From Auanema rhodensis (taxonomy: Eukaryota; Animalia; Nematoda), in assembly GCA_964057225.1 (NCBI GenBank), contig OZ059894.1, forward strand, positions 10,540,001 through 10,604,000: a stretch of 64,000 bases of DNA. Direction: 5' to 3'. Of this stretch, positions 54,401 to 64,000 are shown piece by piece. The notes beneath the pieces are model-generated. The model did no database searches. It was not told where the DNA came from and was given only the letters and a program-made list of their open reading frames with translations. A program made the translations under genes and the position numbers. Positions within the stretch are counted from its first letter, which is position 1. Every line of letters begins with the position of its first letter.

Positions 54401-54857
54401 TATATATAATATATGATAGACATATTAAATCTTATTTCATATCTTATTCCTTTCTTTATATTTACATTGAAAATTGAATTAATACAAATATAAAAAATAC
54501 ATTAGAGAAATGATGTAATACTTATTTCATTTCATTTATTCATTATATTCTTTTTTTCTTTTTTTTTGTATAGATTGCAATAGTGTTTTTTCTACACAAC
54601 TCCCCCCCCCCCAAACCCCTTAATAGGGTTGCCCACATCTGGAGTCTCTGAGCTCTTTTAGATGGGTTCCGAGGTTCCTCTCACCGTCCTCTTTTTTCAT
54701 GCATGAGACGAAATGAAGACAGAAAAATAGAGGAAGAGGTAGGATAGATGGAAGAAAAATGTGAAGTGCTCTCTTTCAAATTCTAACTTTTTTTTTAATT
54801 TACTGTTCATTCATTAAAAGAATTATTATTTGTTATTGTAAATAGAACATTGAAAAT

Positions 54858-54884
54858 GCCACGTGAGCCACGTGAGCCACGTGA
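54858..54884. promoter_or_regulatory. Three tandem GCCACGTGA E-boxes
   Basis: Perfect 9-bp x3 repeat, each with CACGTG, ~4.9 kb upstream of ATG 59794. Confidence 0.6.
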
Positions 54885-57800
54885 AAATCCACTTGTAGTT
54901 AGTTTTGGCCGGAGTTTTTCATTTTTCTCTTTCTTTTTCAATCGTACAATAATTTGTCTTCCAAACTTTCTCAAATATATGTAGATTCTCTCATTCTTTA
55001 TTTTCGTTTATTTTAACTATAAATAACAAATTAGCATATTAATTATGAATTTTAAAATCATTTTCTCATAAAAAACTAAGAATTATTTTAAAAAAAAGTG
55101 TGTGATCTCTCCACCCCTCATTTTATCTTTTTTTTCATTTTTTTTCATTTTCTTTCTCTCTTTTCTCTTTTTTCACTCATTAATAATGCATAAATTCTTG
55201 GTACAGTTGCCATTTCTTCTTCACTTCTCTCTCACTTTTTCTTGTTTCTCGTCAGATTTACACGCAAACGTATAATGCATTGGTTTACAGCTCCAACCAG
55301 CCGACGTTCTCGCTCATCAAAGCAGCATAAGCGTAGAAAACCTCAATGATGGCGCCAGCTGGCGTCTCATATCGCTCAACGTCATTTTTTTTGGCGGAAA
55401 GCAGCTGCTATCGCTCGTTTATAACGTCACCGACGTCATGCGTCATCTCCAAAATCTTACACCGTCTTGAAAACCTTCACGGAACTAGTCATGCCTATTC
55501 TGTTACTTAGTTAAGTTGTCTGGCTAGTTGCCAACTAAGTTTTCTGCGTCTCTGCCATGCTTCATTCTCTCTTCCTCACCGAATTTGCTTTGGCTTTTCT
55601 GTTGCTATTCGGCCGAAAATATTTGGTCGCGCGAGCTGCCGTTGTCGCAGCCATTGCTTCGCTGGATGAAGATAGTGGGAATAAGAGGCTGAAATAAAAT
55701 TTGAGAGAGATTATAGGGTGCAAAACATTAGAAAAACGAGAGAGGAGATTCAAGAGAATGAGAGATAGTATGCAAACGAGAGAGGGGACGTGTATATGGC
55801 CAGTGACGACTGAAGAATTGAAGCGCTTAGGCGGCAGCGTTTTCGTCGCTCTTGCTTCTCGATGTCGCTCGCCGTTATAATTTTTGTGTTTCTCTGCTTG
55901 TCTGTCATATCTCCACTGTTCAAATATTCTCTTGCACGCCAAATCGCAACAAAATGCTCTCTAGAATTCTGAGGCCATGCTCGCGGCGGCTATCGATCAG
56001 TCGCTGAGCGACAGCTGGCGTCAACTCGCGCATCTCATAGCCTTCCACCTCTTTGCCTCTGTGTTTCTTCCTCTTTCTATCCTTCATTTTCTTCCTGTCC
56101 TTCTCTCGTCTTCCAATACACAGATGCGCTATCTCCTCTTACTTTTTCTTTCTCATGGCAATTGAATGAAATGATTAGACTTCACGAAGAGAAAGTTTTC
56201 ATGTAAGCATGGATATGTAGATCGAAGAGAGAAAAAGAGAGAGAGAGAGATAAAGAGAGAGAGAGAAGATTACATAAGGATTGGGATAAAGAAAGAGGTT
56301 AATAGAGAGAAAGTAAAATTAAGAAATAGAGAGAGAATAAGATAGTAAATTCGAATTAAAAGGAAAGTAATGAAAAGAAAGGCTCTCTTCAATGCTTGTA
56401 TATAGAGAGAAAAAAGAGAAAAAGATGAAGAATGTATATTTCAAGAAACTAACAGTATGTAACCAAAAGTAATTAATTTCATATTTATAACATTTGAAAT
56501 TTCACTCATTTCATTCTCAACTATACATATCTTTTATTTGTCTATTTTGGAACATCTATTTTTGGATTATCATCTATTTTAAATGAAAATATTCTTAAAT
56601 TAGTATTTTTTTTTATTTTATTTTAAACTTTATTTATATATAATTAAACTAATAATAGAATTCATAATATAGTTTAATTAAGAATATTTTTTATGATATT
56701 CTTATATTCTGAAATGTTGTACTTCCTCTTACTTCAAAAAAAAAATTAGTTCAAACTTGATTATCTAGCACAATCTAAATTTTTGTGAATATAGATCGCA
56801 TTAGGAGCTTAAATCTGATGAATTGTTGACCTTTCATCTCATTCAGACTCGACGCAATATAAGAGTGCAAAGCTCTTTAATGTGAATCGAATTGCCCAAC
56901 TTTTCCATTAATTATATGATATAGGTTAAAAAAATTGGCACTCACTTTTCTGACTTTCATTAGTTTTCCTTTATTTTGAACTATAATTTCAGACGATTTC
57001 ATATATATATCTAATGTTCCTTATCAAGGTTTCATTGCCGTTTCATATAGACAACATGTCATTGGATAAGATCACCTTGATTTTCAATTACTTCCTTGTA
57101 TCTTCTAAAATCTTCCATTTTACACATTAATCAAATGATTTATATTATTTAATATATACTAATAGTTTTATTTATTTATATTTATATATTATTATTATTA
57201 TTATTTCTTATTAATTTAAAGAAATTAAAATATTTCTTCTTTTTCTTTTTCTACAACTACTACTTCTTATTTATTTATTTATTCTCAAGATCATACATAC
57301 ATATTTAGTTGACTAAAAAGAAGATTGAATGTTTAAAGTACAGCAGAGCAACATGATTCACTTCCTTATGTTAAGCTTTAAATGAATTTTTGATCATCAT
57401 CATTTTGCATATTCATTAGTTATTCATAGATTTTTAACTTTATATTTACTTACTTGCATCTTTTCTCGTTTCAATTTGCTTGGTAAAAGAACAAAAAAAT
57501 CTTTCAGAATAATAATTATTCCCATTAGCTTGTCTTAACCCTCTAGACTAATAACATCCACCACATTCATCTGCTTTAGTTGTATTCGGACCCCGATCTC
57601 CCAACTGCAGACTACTCCATTTGGGGCCACATACCCTCAAGGCTCAGTTGTTAGATGAATTTTCATCAATATGCCGGAAAAAATACGAAGCCTTTATAAC
57701 ATCTGCTTTCCACCTTTTCAAACTATTCTTTCACCTAATGCCGTATGTTTAAAGCTTCAACATAATGGCTTTTAAATTTTAAAAAATCATATTAATTCTG

Positions 57801-58006
57801 ATTATTCTTCATATCTAATAGGGAATATTTAATCATTTGCTTTAATTACTACGATTTTTCATATTTAGTATTGAACAAAGTTGCGTCAACTTGCATTTTC
57901 GTGTTCTAACTCATTCAGAAACGAACAGGTGTGAATTCTACTCACATATGCCTTTTGATCGCCCTTTTTAATCATTTTTTTCCTTTTATTTACTAAAATC
58001 AAAGAG

Positions 58007-58010
<4 letters not shown>

Positions 58011-58060
<50 letters not shown>
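58011..58060. repeat. (AG)25 microsatellite
   Basis: Read directly. Confidence 0.92.
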
Positions 58061-58064
<4 letters not shown>

Positions 58065-58182
58065 TGAAGAGAAAAAGAATATCACCGCTACTAGGCTTCT
58101 ATGACAATCATCGTGTAAACAAGCATGTGGTTAGTCTGCAAAAAAAAACTATCAAACAGATATAGAGAATTACTGAAGAATA

Positions 58183-58232
58183 TTACTTCCGTATTTTAAT
58201 CTTTATTCCTATTTATAAATTATTTCCTTATA

Positions 58233-58276
<44 letters not shown>

Positions 58277-58328
58277 TATATAAGGAAATAATTTATAAAT
58301 AGGAATAAAGATTAAAATACGGAAGTAA
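58183..58328. repeat. Near-perfect 146-bp palindrome centred on (TA)n
   Basis: TTACTTCCGTATTTTAATCTTTATTCCTATTTATAAATTATTTCCTTATA-(TC)n(TA)n(GA)n-TATAAGGAAATAATTTATAAATAGGAATAAAGATTAAAATACGGAAGTAA. Confidence 0.92.
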
Positions 58329-59793
58329 ACTTTATTTCTTTTTAGATCTTCAGCTATTAGGAAATCATTTGCATCTTGTTTTTATTGATTTTTTTAATTT
58401 TCATATTATAATTACCTATGTATTATGAAATTATTTCAATCTTTATATATTTAAATATTACCACCCATACATAAAAATTAAAGGTTCTTATTTCATAAAA
58501 AGATATTATTTGAGAACTTCCGGGAATTGATTGATTAGTAGATTTACATCCTTCTCACGAACTTTTCATTAAACTCTCATTACCATAAAGCATGGTCATG
58601 TTTTCACTTCGACTTCAACTCTTATTTTCTCATAACATTTTGTGAATAAAAAAATTTATTTTTTTAAAGTTTGAAAACAAAACAAAACCTTCACGTGACT
58701 CTACATCACGTAAGTTAACGTGGTTCTTTCCTTTTACTACTATTTCATTTGTCATTAGCGACGTTTAGTGTTTTTCTTCTGTAAATCGAAGAGAAAATAA
58801 CAAAAAAAAAGTTTAATTCGTGAGTTATTTTCTATTTTTTTCTGTTTAATAATGAAGAATAAGACTTATATGTTTGTTTTTTCTTTCATCAAATGGCTTG
58901 TTTTTAATTTTTTTATATTTTATCTTAACTATTCATATATTAAAAGTTTTTTTCTTACTTTACTTGAATTTCGACTTTTCAGAGATGTCTTTGATGGGAT
59001 AGTAATTTAGTATTTTCCAAAATAGAAAAGCAGCTGTCGCTTTGAGACAAAAAATTAGCTTTGCCATTCAATTCTGTTTGTTTTATAGCTTTGTAGTCAA
59101 GTATGATTATCGAAATCTCTTATTTTTCGATGTTTTGACATCTTTTAAACCGCTTGACCTCTTTAGACTACTTCCGTTTTTTTGGTTTTTTTTCTGATGA
59201 AAAGAACAGCTGGAACATGACTGTTCTTCCTGACACCGTGCCATGATCTTCACGATCATCCTCTCTTTCTCCTCTTATTGTCCTTGATATTGAACATGGC
59301 AGTGTATATTGCTACACAGCCTTCCTGATGACATTCTATATCATTTTTCATTCAATTTTTCTTCATCTACACGCTTTTTATGCTCTTTTTTCGTAGATAG
59401 GCTAGTAGCCACTGCAATCTTCTTCTTCAACGTCTTCTTCTTCGTGTTCTTTCCCGCCCTTCGTTGTTCTTTTGGTTTCTTTCATCATCTTTTTTAATTT
59501 GAAGGACATCATCATCATCTACCATCCTATGGTCAAGGCATTGTCTTTTATTCCTAACCATACGCTTTCTGTCATAATCACTTATTTTATCGTAAATTAT
59601 TGCTCATTTCCGGATTGTTACGGTATCACTTCACACAATACTGTACGCAATGCATCTTTCCTTGTTCCCGCCTTTTTGAATTGCTTCTCTGAACTTTATT
59701 CTAAATTTTATGAATCTTAATTGATTAATTAATTCGATTTGTATCATGTATTTTGTAGATTGGCTTATGTACGTTGTTCATTTCTAAGTTACA

Positions 59794-61920
59794 ATGAGCT
59801 TTCTGAATCTTAAAGCTCGTTTGTCCCAGAAATCACCGACAGCAGATTGTGCACTTACTCATTTCCAGAATAATGAGAGAGTGTAAGTTGTCTTTCACCC
59901 CGTCTTGTGTTCACAATGATTAATTTCAGTCGGCGTAAGATATCATGTACCTCGGGGTGTGAATTGCCCCAGGTAGTTGTTGGCTCTCCTGACAGCCAAA
60001 CGTCCGATTCGTCCTCTGTCCCTTACGCGTCTATCGTTAGACAAGAAGAAAGTACCCGATTGTTCATATGTGATCGACGAAGGTTTTCGCAAGCAATTCG
60101 CAACCAATACATAACTTTTCGTATTTAGAGCTATTTTGGAGAAGATTATTGAGACTTCAACTAATGCTCCCAGCGGTTCTGACGATGTGAGTCCTGTAAC
60201 GCTCTTAATTTTCTTATTTTTTTACATTTAGTTACCTTCTCCCAATATCTTTTTGGCTGATCAGTATGCTGATACTACCACTAATCCTTGGGCGTACCGT
60301 TTTGATTTCAACTGTTGGAATGAACAATATAACATTACTGAGGTATCCCGTGTATCGATTTCGAATTCTTCATTTGTTTCTTAGTTGTGTTTTCAAAATT
60401 TCTGTTCCTTCTTGGACAGGGAACATGGAAAAATGGAAATGGAGGGCAGTCCTGGCTGCTTAGATAGCCGTCGTGGCGGAAATCCGCAGAATAATACGAT
60501 TGTAATTTTTCTGTTTGCTTAAAAATAATCCTTATCAAAAAATTTGTAGCTGACTCCCCCTTGGTCGGGTGATTCACGTTCACCGACGACTGGCCCAAAT
60601 ACTGTGGGCCCTACAGAAGGAAATACAGCGTATCACCGCCTCCCTTCTAGTCAATCGGCGAATTGTCAAGAGCAGCATGTAGTACTAGATGACGAGGTTA
60701 GTTATTTTACAAGCTTGAAAGGTGCAATTTTTCCTTGATTAGGCTGCTAATGTGATGTCACAGTTATCAGCTGGCAGGTTGGAACGTTTAACCAAAGCCT
60801 TATCTTTGTTGAGTCCCTCTCACATTGTATTTCGTGATCATTGCTGTTATCCTCATCGCCCCACACTTTTATTGTTTTGGTTTTTACATTTGTAAGTTTG
60901 ATCTTTCATTGGTATATTTTGAATTTTGATATTTAGATTACCGTATAAAGTTTGTCGATTAACTTTTGATGGAATGCAGGCCGATTCTCGTGTTAAAATA
61001 CACGAGGTTCTTGATATGAATGAACTAGAAGAGTTACATGTTATACAGCCTGTAAGCCAGAGTTCTCGATTTTGCTTGTATTCTCTGTTTTTTTAGACTC
61101 AACGTCCTGCCTTTGCAGTGACTCCCGAACTTTTAACCAAATGGCTCAAGGCTTCTTCATCAGAGTATATTTTTCAAAAAAGTATTGTTCTAATAGATTT
61201 CCTTTTAGCAAACACTTACGTTTATCTATTACTGGAGCCTCTGACGTAACTCCTGCGGATTTGGCCAATTTCATACGAGAATGGCGGGCTACTCCCGTTG
61301 CTCGTATTTTTGACACTATCACTTTCGACGCAGCTTCAATGTCTGTGATTGATTTTGTTCATGAAATTTCTGGTCCAGGAAAAAATGTCGAGGTAAGCCT
61401 TCAGTCCGTTACTTTCCGAACCCCTTTTGCTGTTCTAGTGGGAATCTGATTGGCGTCCTCCTACCCCTCCTCCCTCTGGTTCTCTGAGTCCTATGTTCCA
61501 GAATTCGCAGAGTAGACAGTTTACGTTCAAGCATAAGAAAGGGCAAGCACGCGTTCATTATGAGCATATCGACGGGTATTATTTTTGTTGTTGAATTGAT
61601 AAACTTTCCTGCGTTTTAGTCAGCTGATTTTCACTTGCGTATGTGCACCTCAAGGAGCATCTCTTCCTAGTCTGCCTCGAGCGGCTTCGGAGCAAGCGTT
61701 TGCAAATTACCGTAAAAACAGTACTGGAAATTTGAATGGTAACGTTCTTTTTTCTTTTTTTCAAAAATTGAATTGAATTTTTGCAGGTACTCGCACGTTA
61801 CACAGGATAACTACCTTCAATTCTCCTTTAGCAGAAACACCTCAGAAGAGCCAAGATCAATCCCAAACACTAAAGTTTGTGGACCGCATGTTCGGCTTCT
61901 TATTGCGTTCGAACGCATAA
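59794..61920 (+). CDS. Uncharacterised protein with a possible nematode F-box-associated (FBA_2-like) region, ~13 exons
   Basis: All introns are GT-AG and preserve frame from MSFLNLKARLSQK to DRMFGFLLRSNA*. VTPELLTKWL and VTPADLANFIREWRA resemble FBA_2-type motifs. AATAAA at 63012 implies a ~1.1-kb 3'UTR. Confidence 0.8.
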
Positions 61921-63241
61921 GCAAGACCTGGTTGTTTTCAACCTGATTGGTATGTAAATATGTTATTTTGTATGTTTATTGTTCCTCTAGATTGTTATCA
62001 TAGCTCTGACATATGTTCTATCTTAAAGTATATTGTGTTTTGTACAGTTGATCTACCCGGGAATTTATCATCTTGCATCTTTCTGTAATTCCTCCTTTAC
62101 TGCTCAGTGTAATTTGCCGTGTGGTTGAATTGTTGTTTCTTACCATACCCCTAATCTTTCGCTCCTCACTTGACTGCCTTCAGTGCTGTGCTCATTATTG
62201 ACATCGCTTTTTACCTACTTTTGTACATAATCTTTTTCTGTATGTTTTGTCGGTTGTGAGATATGATTTGCTTGCTCGATTGTAACTCACACCCATCCTT
62301 CTCTCTCTTTGGCCATCCAGCCACTTGACTATTACTTTGATAACCATTCAAAGTAACATCAATGATTGCTATTTTTGGCTCATTTACTAACGTTTCATTT
62401 TTACTTTATTTGTTCAAACTTGTTCAAAATTTTATTCAGAGTTTTGGGAAATCTTTTTTTTTACTTTTTTTTTCTTTATCCCCATTACTTCCCCTCCTCC
62501 TCCTTCTTCTTCCTCATACAGGTTATTTTTCGAGTGTTTTCAAATGGGCTAATCTTTCCGGTTCATATCTCTGTAGTCATGTAGATAGTTAAGTTTATTA
62601 GCCATTCTAATAACCGGTGACCTATCCAGTTAATACGGTTCTGGTTTCAGTAGGAACGTTCTAATCGTTGTTTCTTTCTATTCTTTTTCTCATCATCAAC
62701 GTCATCATGTTATGTTTTAAAATACCAGATTTGTGTTTGCCAAAAGTTTAATAATGCATACATAGGTACTACTAGTTCTAATCCTCTTGTCATTGGAGTT
62801 AGTATATTAATGTATATAGATAGCCACCACTATCATCATCATCATCATCATCATCACCACTCCTCTTTCGGCCTTGCACAAAATTTTAAACCCGTTGTAA
62901 TATATTCATGTATAAGTACTCGGTGTATCTAATGTGGCCTATATATCTGAATTAATATAAGATCTCAATAGAGCACATGGATTTAAAGAATTTGAAAATG
63001 ATCGTATAAGGAATAAATCTTTTTTTTATTTTATGTTTTTCTATATTATTGATGAAATTATTACTTAAAACATGCTACAAGTATTCACTATATACTGCTT
63101 AAGCATTAAATATTAAATATAATACATATATAAACTAATAATTTATTTTTATACATTTGAATCTTAATAAGCTTTTGATAAAGAGAGATTTGAGTTTACT
63201 TCACTATTTTCTACCAATAATTAGTAAAACTCCCTTTTCAT

Positions 63242-63628
63242 TTAATCATCAGCAGACCAAACTTCAGCTTGAGTTTGTTGTGGTTGATCTGAACTTTGTT
63301 CTCGATTTTCGTGAGGGCTCAAACTCTGAAAAAAATCCAAATCTCTAATTTAATAAAAAAAAATTGAGAAAGTGGTTTGATTGCAACATACTCGACCACT
63401 TCCTTGATCTGAATCATCATTTCTAGATGGCTGTTGTTTAGCCTGTTCTTCTTCTTCTTCTTCTAAAGCTTTCATCTGAAGTTGTGCTTCTTTTTGCATT
63501 TCTTGAAGTTTTTCCATAGTATATGTCTTCATAGGTAAAAGTTTTGGTTTACAAAATATGGGAGCCCAATCTTCTTCTTCAAATATCATACAATCAGTAT
63601 ATGGTACCTTCTGAGTTAACTCTGCCAT
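63242..63628 (-). CDS. BBIP1: BBSome-interacting protein 1 (BBIP1/BBS18) homologue (exons 63628-63392, 63325-63242)
   Basis: MAELTQKVPYTDCMIFEEEDWAPIFCKPKLLPMKTYTMEKLQEMQKEAQ matches the BBIP1 core (human, as recalled, [26 protein letters not shown]); consensus X-box upstream. Confidence 0.88.
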
Positions 63629-63776
63629 TTATATCTAAAAACAAATATATTTTTAAAATATAAATGAAATACAAAGTTTAAACTTTAAAAAATGTTTAAA
63701 TTGCTTATATATATATAGAGAGAATAAGGTTTGTTTTGAATGCTATACATGCATGCAAGCTGACATATAAAATTAC

Positions 63777-63790
63777 GTTGTCATGGTAAC
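63777..63790. promoter_or_regulatory. X-box (RFX/DAF-19 site) of BBIP1
   Basis: GTTGTC-AT-GGTAAC fits the 14-bp X-box consensus, ~150 bp upstream of the ATG. Confidence 0.85.
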
Positions 63791-64000
63791 GTATAAAAAA
63801 TTATTGATTGATATACGAAAATTTATATAAAATCATATATATTTTAAAAGAATACAATAATAAAAAGAAAAAAAAAGGAAATATATAAATAAATATTTAT
63901 ATATTTAGAAATAGCTTGAAAATTATTTGAATGATGTATATAGTATGTATTATTAAATTATAAAATCAATAATAAATAATATCTTTTAAATTATTTTATT

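Noticed and set aside
55562-56165. 126-aa and 62-aa ORFs in the GC-rich island
   Set aside because: No domain-like content or splice chain; explained by locally low stop-codon density.
59297-59321. miR-34/449-like TGGCAGTGTAT
   Set aside because: Only a 9-bp mini hairpin and the 3' half does not match; not a plausible precursor.
1-64000. Prokaryotic systems (CRISPR, defence islands), rRNA, SL/snRNA genes, telomeric TTAGGC arrays
   Set aside because: The sequence is intron-rich nematode DNA; no repeat-spacer arrays or such RNA genes were recognised, and TTAGGC occurs only as isolated copies.

Overview
Eukaryotic, AT-rich nematode genomic DNA, probably a clade V rhabditid (short ~45-nt GT-AG introns, TTTCAG/TTTTAG acceptors). 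The supplied ORF track mostly shows exon fragments, so gene models were rebuilt by hand and homologies come from remembered sequences, not searches. In order: 3'-truncated nphp-4 (-), whose introns hold a tRNA-Asn, a Cys-rich prepropeptide gene and a chimeric mariner; an unknown gene (-); isy-1 (+); a Ly6/LU-type gene (-); trx-2 (+); an FHA-less CEP170-like gene (+) with three candidate TGCATG-flanked cassette exons; rpl-38 (+); a 12-kb non-alpha Cys-loop channel gene (-) with a MAB-7-like EGF-ShKT-DUF1794 gene nested antisense; a DUF229 gene (-) with a fold-back MITE; an ~18-kb non-coding, E-box-rich region ahead of an uncharacterised gene carrying two FBXW7-type phosphodegrons (+); and BBIP1/BBS18 (-) with a consensus X-box. 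The best leads are the CEP170-like gene and its splicing, the symmetric 30-Cys peptide, and the E-box/phosphodegron locus.
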